From Macrostomum hystrix (Eukaryota; Animalia; Platyhelminthes), in the NCBI GenBank assembly GCA_950097015.1, contig CATNEN010000001.1:1984001-2048000 (forward strand): 64,000 bases of DNA. Direction: 5' to 3'. The notes beneath the pieces are model-generated. The model saw only the letters and a program-made list of their open reading frames with translations, did no database searches and was not told where the DNA came from. The position numbers and the translations under genes were made by a program. Every line of letters begins with the position of its first letter. The stretch's first letter is position 1. Shown piece after piece: positions 27,693-39,254 of the stretch.

Positions 27693-28089
27693 TCAAGATC
27701 TAAAATTCTCAACCCCAGCCTGGGTCATGAGGTCGGCGACGCTACGCTCCAGCTCATCGATACGGCGACCCATCTCGTCGATCCGGCCCGTGATTTTGTC
27801 GCTGGTGTGGTTGAAATTGTCCGAAAGGCTCTGCAGAACAGACTGGAGCTGTCGAGGGCACAAAAACACAATTCGTTACTTTTTTATTCCGTTAAAAAGT
27901 TACTTTTTTAATCCATTTAACTTTTACGATAAAAGTTCGTTACTTTTGTTATAAAGAGCAGCGAAGGTTTTTATGTTAACTGCACTTCAAATCTGAAGGC
28001 GAGTTAAACCGACTTACGTGATTTGTTAATTCGTTAACACTGCCAGGATCGGCGATGCCAAATGATTTATCCTTGGAAAAGTCCGTCAT
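27693..28089 (-). CDS. HSBP1: Heat shock factor-binding protein 1 (2 coding exons, 75 aa)
   Basis: Exons 28089-28018 (MTDFSKDKSFGIADPGSVNELTNH|gtaagt) and 27848-27693 (LQSVLQSLSDNFNHTSDKITGRIDEMGRRIDELERSVADLMTQAGVENFRS*), matching the HSBP1 signature GRID.M..RID.LE..IADLMTQAGVE. Probable 5'UTR intron 28295-28202. Not in ORF track. Confidence 0.93.
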
Positions 28090-28689
28090 TATCAATTAAT
28101 ATTTTGGCGAATCTCGCGGCCTGTTTTTCGCAGCTTCCAGTTGGCGAGTCTGTGTGAAGATCTGTTCTCGAGGTGAAAACTGGCTGCCTTTTCTATCTTT
28201 TCTAAGAATTCAGAATAGAGTTTCAAGGTGGTTTGAGTTAGTTGAGAGGCAGAAAGTAGGAGGGCAGAAATGCACATTTGGTCTGTGTCTCTTACCTGGG
28301 CTTGCTCGCGTAGACTGCAGTCTGTCGAGCTACTCGTTGGTTGCCATTGGTTACGCAGTCTGAGGTTAAGGGGTTGAAATTTGGAGAGTTGGCTCGACTG
28401 TACGCACCTCTGCGATTGTGTGCAATTAGCCAATTTATTTCGCGCGCAACAGGTTTGGCAGAAGAATGGTTTAGAGACTGCTGAAATGATTTTATTTCTC
28501 TTTGTCATTCTGGACCAGAACGAATTTCTCTTTGCGGCTGAAATGTTCGTAAATTAAAACTAAATTAACTTTTCTCTTTTTCTGTTGCAAAAATGTTCGA
28601 AATACCCTCTAGACTACTGAAACACCCACATTAAGTAGTAGTAATAGAACTCAATATTGCACTAAGGTGTGAAATCTACTCAGGGTTAA

Positions 28690-29042
28690 ATATTAGAATC
28701 TGCTCACAGTTTATTATTACGAGCGTAGAATCTGCTCAGAGTTTACTAATGGAATCTGCTCAGAGTTTACTAATGGAATCTGCTCAGAGTTTACTAATGG
28801 AATCTGCTCACAGTTTACTAGTGGAATCTGCTCAGAGTTTACTAGTGGAATCTGCCCACAGTTTACTAGTGGAATCTGCTCAGAGTTTACTAGTGGAATC
28901 TGCCCACAGTTTACTAGTAGAATCTGCTCAGAGTTTACTAATGGAATCTGCTCAGAGTTTACTAATGGAATCTGCTCAGAGTTTACTAGTGGAATCTGCT
29001 CAGAGTTTACTAATGGAATCTGCTCAGAGTTTATTAGTGGTG
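28690..29042. repeat. Minisatellite, same unit as 26168-27265, right block
   Basis: GAATCTGCTCAGAGTTTACTA-based unit, same orientation as left block. Confidence 0.94.
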
Positions 29043-29394
29043 CACTAAGGACTAGTTGAAACTAGTAGGACACACTAGTATAAACTAGTTAAGCTAGTAG
29101 AAACGTGTAGGCTACAAGATTCATAGTTACATTTGGCAAATATTTTTGCCAGCTGGTTCTCATATTTTAACAATCGAATCGATTGTTGTGGAATACCAGG
29201 TGTGATTTTGCTGAGCTATTGTAATCGGCACTTCAAGCCTGATTTTCAATAACACAATATTAAAACGCATGATTGTTTCAAAAAGCTCCTGTCTAAATGA
29301 GTTTCTGAATAAAAAGTGTACTTTTATAGAAATGCAAGACTTAGTAGAAAACGTTTTCAATAATATTCTACAACTCAGTCATTCCTTTAAATTT

Positions 29395-30962
29395 ATCTCT
29401 CAATCTCTTTCACCCTCTCTCACCCTCTCTCACCCTCTCTCCCGCTCTCTCTCTCCCTCTCTCCCTCTCTTTCACCCTCTCTCACCTTCTCTCACCCTCT
29501 TTCACCCTCTCTCACCCTCTCTCACTCTCTCTCACTCTCTTTCACCCTCTCTCACCTTCTCTCACCCTCTTTCACCCTCTCTCACCCTCTCTCACTCTCT
29601 TTCAATCTCTCTCACCCTCTCTCACTCTCTCTCTCACTCTCTTTCACCCTCTCTCACCTTCTCTCACCCTCTTTCACCCTCTTTCACCCTCTCTCACCCT
29701 CTCTCACTCTCTTTCACCCTCTCTCACCCTCTCTCACTCTCTCTCACTCTCTTTCAATCTCTCTCACCCTCTCTCACTCTCTCTCACTCTCTTTCACCCT
29801 CTCTCACCTTCTCTCACCCTCTTTCACCCTCTTTCACCCTCTCTCACCCTCTCTCACTCTCTTTCACCCTCTCTCACCCTCTCTCACTCTCTCTCACCCT
29901 ATTTCACCCTCTCTCACCCTCTCTCACTCTCTCTCACCCTATTTCACCCTCTCTCACCCTCTTTCACCCTATTTCACCTTCTCTCACCCTCTTTCATCCC
30001 TTCTCACCCTCTCTCACCCTCTTTCACCCTATTTCACCTTCTCTCACCCTCTTTCACCCTATTTCACCCTCTCTCACCCTCTTTCACCCTATTTCACCTT
30101 CTCTCACCCTCTTTCATCCCCTCTCACCCTCTCTCACCCTCTTTCACCCTATTTCACCTTCTCTCACCCTCTTTCATCCCCTCTCACCCTCTCTCACCCT
30201 CTCTCACTCTCTTTCACCCTCTCTCACCCTCTTTCACCCTCTCTCACCCTCTCTCACCCTCTCTCACCCTATTTCACCCTCTCTCACCCTCTTTCACCCT
30301 ATTTCACCTTCTCTCACCCTCTTTCATCCCTTCTCACCCTCTCTCACCCTCTTTCACCCTATTTCACCTTCTCTCACCCTCTTTCACCCTATTTCACCCT
30401 CTCTCACCCTCTTTCACCCTATTTCACCTTCTCTCACCCTCTTTCATCCCCTCTCACCCTCTCTCACCCTCTTTCACCCTATTTCACCTTCTCTCACCCT
30501 CTTTCATCCCCTCTCACCCTCTCTCACCCTCTCTCACTCTCTTTCACCCTCTCTCACCCTCTTTCACCCTCTCTCACCCTCTCTCACCCTCTTTCACCCT
30601 ATTTCACCTTCTCTCACCCTCTTTCATCCCCTCTCACCCTCTCTCACCCTCTCTCACTCTCTTTCACCCTCTCTCACCCTCTTTCACCCTCTCTCACCCT
30701 CTTTCACCCCCTCTCACCCTCTTTCACCCTCTCTCACCCTCTCTCACCCTCTTTCACCCTATTTCATCTTCTCTCACCCTCTTTCACCCTATTTCACCTT
30801 CTCTCACCCTCTTTCACCCTCTCTCACCCTCTCTCACCCTCTTTCACCCTACTTCACCTTCTCTCACCCTCTTTCATCCCCTCTCACCCTCTCTCACCCT
30901 CTCTCACCCTCTTTCACCCCCTCTCACCCTCTCTCACCCTCTCTTACCCTTTTACCCTCTCT
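29395..30962. repeat. Polypyrimidine 10-bp repeat CTCTCACCCT (~1.57 kb)
   Basis: Almost G-free top strand; source of spurious 650-aa ORF. Confidence 0.96.
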
Positions 30963-31470
30963 CATTATCGTAACACCTAATATTACTCTCTGTCCCAAAA
31001 CGTCATTTCTTCCTATTTCCAATGCTTACATACTACTTTGTCCCTTTCGTTCTACCCTTACTGTCTTCCCTCAGTGCAATCAGAAAATTAATCAACTGAT
31101 CAATGGGACTTTGCTAAGCATTCTCTACGTCTCACGCCCTCAAGAGCTATATTTGCCCAACTGTACTAGCAATCCATCATACCCACGCAGTCTCACTATA
31201 AAATTGGCCACTTTTACATAGGAACGCCTTATACTCGTGCGAGTACTAATTTCTATTATTTTTTAAGTTTTCGTTTTCACCTGCCAAAACAATTTTCATG
31301 GGGGGATAAGCATAAAAAACCTATTGTAGGATCAAGTTGACCAAATATAGAAACATTTAATGATAGTTCCAAGCCCGTCATTGGCTATTTGATTCTCCCC
31401 AAAGGACTCAGTCAATTTCCTATATGTTTAGACTGCCGTGCGGGATCTTGTTCGCCATCAGTGTGTAACA

Positions 31471-31668
31471 ATGGGCAATTCTCAGGCGGCTCTATCGTCA
31501 GGGTCGAGATTCGGCGCAAATTATCGCGACCCTCACCGGCATGGCAACAACGCCGATCACGTGGCGGTTTCCATGGAGATTCGGGACAGCGGCGAGGAGG
31601 GTTTCGACGACAATGGCCTCGGCGGCGGCTGGGGAGAATTCCGATCGGTTGGAAGTCCGAAAATTCGG
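31471..31668 (+). CDS. Candidate first coding exon (MGNSQ..., 66 codons), probably of the pLGIC gene
   Basis: GC-rich open frame from acaATGG to a strong phase-0 donor CGG|gtaaga; N-terminal MG resembling a myristoylation start; phase matches acceptors at 36190, 39070 and 39426. Confidence 0.55.
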
Positions 31669-31825
31669 GTAAGATTTCGGATAAATTTCGGAGACTGAGT
31701 GCCTACCCAATCTGTCATTAAAAGTACATTATTCTTATGTACTTTTAATAGTAACAGAAAGGGTTAAAAAGCATTGAGGAATCAAATAAAAAAAACATTC
31801 AAGAAATTGACGCATAAATGACAGT

Positions 31826-32255
31826 AGGAATCGAAGCAGGAAGCATATATGGAATCGAAGCAGGTATCATATTTGGAACTGAAGCAGGAAACATATATGG
31901 AATCGAAGCAGGACTACACAAGGAATCGAAGCAGGACCCCACAAGGTATCGAAGCAGGACCCCACAAGGTATCGAAGCAGGAACGGTACAAGAAATCGAA
32001 GCAGGACCCCACAAGGTATCGGAGCAGGACCCCACAAGGTATCGAAGCAGGACCCCACAAGGTATCGAAGCAGGAACGGTACAAGAAATCGAAGCAGGAC
32101 CAATGCGAAGTATCGAAGCAGGAAAAGTACATGGCATCGTAGCAAGACCCATGTAAGGAATCGAAGCAGGACCCCACAAGGTATCGAAGCAGGAACGGTA
32201 CAAGAATTCGAAGCAAGACCCCACAAGGTATCGAAGCAGGAACCCAATGAGGAAT
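31826..32255. repeat. Degenerate ~22-bp minisatellite ATCGAAGCAGGACCCCACAAGGT
   Basis: Recurrent ATCGAAGCAGG anchor with variable 3' part. Confidence 0.85.
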
Positions 32256-32664
32256 CGTAAAAAACAGTAGCAACTAGAACCTTCTATACCACAATTTAAT
32301 TTAGACAGAAAAGCAATCAGCAAAAGTAAAAATAAAGCGAAGAGCACGTCTGAGAACCCAAAAAGCCGAAATGCATTCATCCTGGCACAGGCCAGGCAGG
32401 TCTCAAGATGAGGACTAAAAATGCGACAAAAAATAGAAATCCCACCACGCAGAATTGGAGCTTTAATTTTTAAATGTTTTTTGTTTTGTATTTTCCCTCC
32501 CAAAGTAGACGCTAGACTCTCTTGGCTAGTCTCGAAAAAAAAGCTTTTTTGTTTTAATCGAAGCAGTTTTCCATTTCAGCAATTACTTGAGATTTTGAAT
32601 TCTAGATAGTTTTATTGGTTCCTCCGATAAGCCTTTAGCGGGCTGAACTTTTTGAAGGAATTAA

Positions 32665-33803
32665 GGTCTGTTTCACTGAGGATATGAGAATGATGAGAAG
32701 GAAGGGTCTGTTTCACTGAGGATATGAGAATGATGAGAAGGAAGGGTCTGTTTCACTGAGGATATGAGAATGATGAGAAGGAAGGGTCTGTTTCACTGAG
32801 GATATGAGAATGATGAGAAGGAAGGGTCAGTTTCACTGAGGATATGAGAATGATGAGAAGGAAGGGTCTGTTTCACTGAGGATATGAGAATGATGAGAAG
32901 GAAGGGTCAGTTTCACTGAGGATATGAGAATGATGAGAAGGAAGGGTCAGTTTCACTGAGGATATGAGAATGATGAGAAGGAAGGGTCAGTTTCACTGAG
33001 GATATGAGAATGATGAGAAGGAAGGGTCAGTTTCACTGAGGATATGAGAGTGATGAGAAGGAAGGGTCAGTTTCACTGAGGATATGAGAATGATGAGAAG
33101 GAAGGGTCAGTTTCACTGAGGATATGAGAGTGATGAGAAGGAAGGGTCAGTTTCACTGAGGATATGAGAATGATGAGAAGGAAGGGTCAGTTTCACTGAG
33201 GATATGAGAGTGATGAGAAGGAAGGGTCAGTTTCACTGAGGATATGAGAATGATGAGAAGGAAGGGTCAGTTTCACTGAGGATATGAGAATGATGAGAAG
33301 GAAGGGTCAGTTTCACTGAGGATATGAGAGTGATGAGAAGGAAGGGTCAGTTTCACTGAGGATATGAGAATGATGAGAAGGAAGGGTCAGTTTCACTGAG
33401 GATATGAGAGTGATGAGAAGGAAGGGTCAGTTTCACTGAGGATATGAGAGTGATGAGAAGGAAGGGTCAGTTTCACTGAGGATATGAGAATGATGAGAAG
33501 GAAGGGTCAGTTTCACTGAGGATATGAGAGTGATGAGAAGGAAGGGTCAGTTTCACTGAGGATATGAGAGTGATGAGAAGGAAGGGTCAGTTTCACTGAG
33601 GATATGAGAATGATGAGAAGGAAGGGTCAGTTTCACTGAGGATATGAGAGTGATGAGAAGGAAGGGTCAGTTTCACTGAGGATATGAGAATGATGAGAAG
33701 GAAGGGTCAGTTTCACTGAGGATATGAGAATGATGAGAAGGAAGGGTCAGTTTCACTGAGGATATGAGAATGATGAGAAGGAAGGGTCAGTTTCACTGAG
33801 GAT
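32665..33803. repeat. Minisatellite, 40-bp unit GAAGGGTCAGTTTCACTGAGGATATGAGAATGATGAGAAG (~28 copies)
   Basis: Near-perfect tandem array. Confidence 0.97.
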
Positions 33804-34187
33804 TCGGGAAGTCTTAGGCTTCAGTGACTTCAAGCTACATTTACTTTACCCAATCCCATCCCGTGCTTAGAAAGACATGATAGAAAATTGTTTGTGACTT
33901 GCGTTCCCCCTATCGGACACCTTACCATCCGGCTTCTTGCACTCCGGCTCACGCCAAACGCAAGTCCGCTTCTCAGTCACAAATTAGTGCTGGCTTGGAT
34001 AGAAAGACGCGAACAATTGTTGTCCCGTCAGCTGAGTGGTTGGCGGGGCATTGTTGCGAACCAGTTGTCAGACAGTTGCACTTCCTGCCGGATCAAAAAC
34101 TCCTGCTTAAAGTCCCGGTTCAGATGAAAGAAAAAAATCTACGGTGAATAATGTACGCTGACAGTGTCTGTTGTGGTAGATCCAACG

Positions 34188-36048
34188 TTGTGAATAAGAG
34201 TGACATTGTGAATAAAGTGACATTGTGAATAAAGTGACTTTGTAAATAAAGTGACATTGTGAATAAAGTGACATTGTGAATAAAGTGACATTGTGAATAA
34301 AGTGACATGGTGGATAAAGTGACATTGTGAATAAAGTGACATGGGGATAAAGTGACATTGTGAAAAGGCGTGACATTGTGAAAAGGCGTGACATTGTAGA
34401 TAAAGTGACATTGTGAATAAAGTAACATTGTGGATAAAGTGACATTGTGGATAAAGTGACATTGTGAAAAGGCGTGACATTGTGAATAAAGTGACATGGT
34501 GGATAAAGTGACATTGTGAATAAAGTGACATTGTGAATAAAGTGACATTGCGAATAAAGTGACATTGTGAATAAAGTGACATTGTGAATAAAGTGACATT
34601 GCGAATAAAGTGACATTGTGAAAAGGCGTGACATTGTGAAAAGGCGTGACATTGTGGATAAAGTGACATTGTGAATAAAGTGACATTGTGAATAAAGTGA
34701 CATTGTGAATAAAGTGACATTGTGAATAAAGTGACATGGTGGATAAAGTGACATTGTGAATAAAGTGACATTGTGAAAAGGCGTGACATTGTGAAAAGGC
34801 GTGACATTGTGAATAAAGTGACATTGTAAAAAGGCGTGACATTGTGAATAAAGTGACATTGTGGATAAAGTGACATTGTGAAAAGGCGTGACATTGTGAA
34901 TAAAGTGACATTGTGAAAAGGCGTGACATTGTGAATAAAGTGACATTGTGGATAAAGTGACATTGTGAAAAGGCGTGACATTGTGAATAAAGTGACATTG
35001 TGAATAAAGTGACATTGCGAATAAAGTGACATTGTGAAAAGGCGTGACATTGTGAATAAAGTGACATTGTGGATAAAGTGACATTGTGAAAAGGCGTGAC
35101 ATTGTGAATAAAGTGACATTGCGAATAAAGTGACATTGTGAATAAAGTGACATTGTGAATAAAGTGACATTGCGAATAAAGTGACATTGTGAAAAGGCGT
35201 GACATTGTGAAAAGGCGTGACATTGTGGATAAAGTGACATTGTGAATAAAGTGACATTGCGAATAGAGTGACATTGTGAATAAAGTGACATTGTGAATAA
35301 AGTGACATTGCGAATAAAGTGACATTGTGAAAAGGCGTGACATTGTGAAAAGGCGTGACATTGTGGATAAAGTGACATTGTGAATAAAGTGACATTGTGA
35401 ATAAAGTGACATTGTGAATAAAGTGACATTGTGAATAAAGTGACATGGTGGATAAAGTGACATTGTGAATAAAGCGACATTGTGAAAAGGCGTGACATTG
35501 TGAAAAGGCGTGACATTGTGAATAAAGTGACATTGTAAAAAGGCGTGACATTGTGAAAAGGCGTGACATTGTGAATAAAGTGACATTGTGAAAAGGCGTG
35601 ACATTGTAGATAAAGTGACATTGTGAATAAAGTAACATTGTGGATAAAGTGACATTGTGGATAAAGTGACATTGTGAAAAGGCGTGACATTGTGAATAAA
35701 GTGACATGGTGGATAAAGTGACATTGTGAATAAAGTGACATTGTGAATAAAGTGACATTGCGAATAAAGTGACATTGTGAATAAAGTGACATTGTGAAAA
35801 GGCGTGACATTGTGAATAAAGTGACATTGTGGATAAAGTGACATTGTGAAAAGGCGTGACATTGTGAATAAAGTGACATTGTGAAAAGGCGTGACATTGT
35901 GAATAAAGTGACATTGTGGATAAAGTGACATTGTGAAAAGGCGTGACATTGTGAATAAAGTGACATTGTGAATAAAGTGGCATTGTGGATAAAGTGACAT
36001 TGTGAATAAAGTGACATTGTAGATAAGTGACATTGTGAAGAAAGTGAC
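34188..36048. repeat. Minisatellite, 17-bp unit TGACATTGTGAATAAAG (~109 copies)
   Basis: Tandem array; no stops on the minus strand, hence three overlapping spurious ~640-680-aa ORFs. Confidence 0.97.
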
Positions 36049-37371
36049 TCGTAATTAAAACAAATGCTTTAGATCTGAAATGAGGCGCCACAATTGGCTT
36101 ATAACGCTTCATCACTCCATGAAGAATCATCAAATTGAGATTTATCACCTTAGCTGGTGACTGTGTCTGAGCTACAAGCAATTTTTTAAGCTACCCTTCT
36201 ATTTCTTGGCCATGGCAGAATCTTTTTCAAAGCAAGACGTTCGGAGCTTGATGAAGTTCCAATTCCTGCAAGGAAAGAAACCTCCGGAGATGTTTAGAGA
36301 GCTTCAGCAAGTGTTTGGTGACAGTGCACCAACTGAACAGACTGTTCGAAAGTGGTTCCGGTTGTTCGCTGAAGGCAGAGAGAGCGTCGAGGACAACGAA
36401 CGCTCTGGAAGACCGATGACTGCCACCAACGAGACCGTGGTGAAGAAAGTGCAGGAGCTCCTGGATGATGATCGCAGACTGACTTGCGAAGAGCTGTCAG
36501 AAGATGTCGGAGTGTCAGTTGGCAGTGTGCACACCATTCTGACAGAGCGTCTCAACCTGCAGAAGAAATTCAGCAAGTGGGTGCCACACCTGCTGACAGG
36601 TGAGCAGACGATGCAACGTGCTCTGGCCGCCACCAACCACCTGCGCCGTTTCCAGCGAGAAGGAGAGAATTTTCTTTCGAGAATCGTTGCCGGAGATGAA
36701 ACATGGGTTTATAGCTGGGATCCGGAGACAAAGGCCCAGTCTGCTGAATGGCTTCCAGCCGATTCTCCAAGGCCTCAGAAGGCCATCAGGAAGCAGGGTG
36801 CATTGAAGATCATGCACGTCATGTTTTTTGATGTCCAGGGAATTCTGCTGAACTGGGCAGTCCCACATGGAACAACTGTGAATGGGGACTATTATAGATG
36901 GATTCTGCAAGAGAAGCTGCGCCCGGCGATTCGAAAGAAGCGCCCTGGTTTGCTGGAGTCTGGTGTGATCTTGCTGCATGACAATGCGCCGGCTCATCGC
37001 AAGCACAATGTTGTCGAACTCCTGAGCGGTTGGGGCTGGGAAGTGCTGCAACATCCGCCCTACTCGCCCGATTTGTCCCCCTGTGACTTCTTCCTATTCC
37101 CATCTGTGAAGAAGCACCTTCGGGGCATTCGATTCGACAGCGTCGAGCACATCAAAGCTGCTTGCCAAGGTGCGGTGCGTGAAACGGACGCGAGAGGCGT
37201 GGGTACTGGAATCAGAGGTCTGGTGCATCGCTGGCAGAAGTGCAAGGACATTGGCGGTGAATATGTTGAGTGACCGAATGACATTGAATGACCTAAACAT
37301 GTTTTCATTGTTCCATACGTTTTTTGTTAATTTTTGCTGAGCACCGAAAAGAACTTTTTGAATGCACCTCG
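36049..37371 (+). mobile_element. mariner element lacking its left TIR
   Basis: Right TIR ...GAACTTTTTGAATGCACCTCG|TA (TA 37372-37373); no CGAGGTGCATTCAAAAAG upstream, where the 17-bp satellite abuts. Confidence 0.85.
36212..37273 (+). CDS. mariner (DD34D) transposase, intact ORF
   Basis: HTH region, RSGRP, WVPHLL, GDETW, HDNA, YSPDLSPCDF with 34 residues between the 2nd and 3rd Asp. Confidence 0.96.
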   Translation: MAESFSKQDVRSLMKFQFLQGKKPPEMFRELQQVFGDSAPTEQTVRKWFRLFAEGRESVEDNERSGRPMTATNETVVKKVQELLDDDRRLTCEELSEDVGVSVGSVHTILTERLNLQKKFSKWVPHLLTGEQTMQRALAATNHLRRFQREGENFLSRIVAGDETWVYSWDPETKAQSAEWLPADSPRPQKAIRKQGALKIMHVMFFDVQGILLNWAVPHGTTVNGDYYRWILQEKLRPAIRKKRPGLLESGVILLHDNAPAHRKHNVVELLSGWGWEVLQHPPYSPDLSPCDFFLFPSVKKHLRGIRFDSVEHIKAACQGAVRETDARGVGTGIRGLVHRWQKCKDIGGEYVE

Positions 37372-38127
37372 TACTAAGGTCTCAAATCTCGTAGTCTCAA
37401 ATTGCTAATCTCTAAGTAATTAGAAATCTAAAATCTTTGCATTATGCATGAAAGAAACAATGAAAGTACAGTTTCACACTTGAACCACAACCAATGTATT
37501 TTATTAGATGTTGAGTCGTTTCTCCGTCATTGTGAATCCAGTTTACATTTTCCCTATTCAGTTCCAACTGGTAATCTTAGATGTCGCTCGGGTCTTACAG
37601 TCACAGTACAATCAGACCAATTAGCGCCTACGCAAATATGCCTATGCCTTATAACTATAGGCAACAAATACTCGTATATACATAGGGTGACTCAAATTTC
37701 ACAATCGATCTGAGTGCTCTTAACAGCGCCGTTGCATTGCTGCATTTTGCATTTTCATAATTTTCATTGGCGCAAAATTAATCTGCAGTGTAGCTTTGCA
37801 CAGTTCGCAAGTCGTTGCATAAAGTCAAACTAATGTGAGTGGGCATACTCGTGTATAGTTATTGCAATAAATTAAATAAAGAATTGCTTTTTATTACAAT
37901 GCTACTTGCAGTAACAAGTTAAAGAAAAATCGAACAATTTCTGCACGATAAAATTAGAAACTTTTGTAATAAACGGTTGCCCATTTTGCTACTGGGTGAA
38001 CTGAAACACTATGTAGGAAATTAGCTCGTAGGTGTCTCGCTCAAGGAAACAAAAAGTTTTCACTTCGAGATTGAGACTCGAACTCCCGAACTCTTGGTCT
38101 CAGAAGTCTGAAGTTCGAAGCTTCTAA

Positions 38128-38425
38128 GGTCGAGTGGCAGAGCGGTCTAACGCGTTCGCCTCTCGCACCGAGGTCCCTGAGCTCGATTCCACGGCGAGGC
38201 CACATTTATTTGGGGCGCAGCCGCGGAGAGAAGGCTTCGGGGCTTGTCGAGAAATTTACCTTTAACATCCAAAGCAAGGTGAGAAAGTCAGGGTACACAC
38301 CTGTGTGAGTGTGTGCTCAGGAGTCAGCGAAATGGGCAGAATTGCCTCCTCGCTGGCTGCAGGTCTAGTGTCAGCAAATGATTTGCCATTGCCCTCAGCC
38401 CTCCTACGAATAATTTTATTATTTA
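38128..38425 (+). mobile_element. tRNA-derived SINE, family 1
   Basis: A box, degenerate B box, body and CAGCCCTCCT 3' end shared with the 5822-6081 copy. Confidence 0.8.
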
Positions 38426-39070
38426 ACTTGTTTACATGGTTTCCATAGAAACCTTTATACGCTTGCAAACGAATTAATTATTTTCTGGACCAAATTTATG
38501 ATTAAGCGCGCCTTGGTAAACACCTTATTATTAGAAACAAGAAATAATAAGCTGCTACAGATCTGACTCGATTTAATCCTGTCAAATCGAATCCGATTTC
38601 ACATTTTTCGTTCATTATTTGTAACCTAAATATTTTTTGCTATTTGGCACATTCCATACACGGTTTGAGTCAGGTCCTGGTCAATCCCGATTTCAGCAGT
38701 GTCTCAAAGCAACTGCTGTTGGCATGGAACTCATTTTCCTCAATTCCAGTGAACAGGGACAGAAAGGAAAACGGGATCATAAACTGAGAGTGGGGATTTT
38801 CACAACAGAGAAAAAAATTAGGGCTGGAGCTGCTCGCACTGTGCTCGTTTCCTAGGAAAAGTGCATTGCTGGGCAGAAGAAATTGTTCGCTGTTCAAGAA
38901 AGCGATCAATAATGCTGTATTTTCTGCTGCGAGAAGGCAATGAGACAGTATTTGAAGTGGGCTATTATGTGTCTAAAGGCGTCTAGATTTTAACAGACAG
39001 CCTGAAAATACTTGTAGAATCAGCTCAAAACCTCTAGGTTTGAGCCTAGAGATAAAAACATTAATTCAAG

Positions 39071-39211
39071 ATGGAGCAACGTCGATTTCAAAATCAGCAG
39101 CAGCAGCAGCAGCAGCAGCATCGTGAACAATATCTAGAAGACTACACAAATGAGGCATTTGGCACAGTTAGTAGCAGTAGCATTGATGAACTCATAAAAG
39201 AAGTTGAAATG

Positions 39212-39254
<43 letters not shown>

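Noticed and set aside
27727-27954. Plus-strand 75-aa ORF
   Set aside because: Antisense shadow of HSBP1 exon 2
29269-31221. 650-aa Ser/Leu/Pro/His ORF
   Set aside because: Translation of the 10-bp CT-rich repeat
31826-32255. CRISPR-like repeat with variable spacers
   Set aside because: Spacers are ~11 nt and related to each other; eukaryotic context; no cas genes
33804-34187. GC-richer island between two satellites with short ORFs and a minus-strand GTAAG
   Set aside because: No recognisable protein motif and no open frame between plausible splice sites
34107-36181. Three overlapping 636-680-aa minus-strand ORFs
   Set aside because: Translations of a stop-free 17-bp satellite; the same peptide cycles in all three frames
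38128-38202. tRNA gene (also 50464 and 51544 heads)
   Set aside because: Acceptor stems do not pair and each head continues into a SINE body and tail
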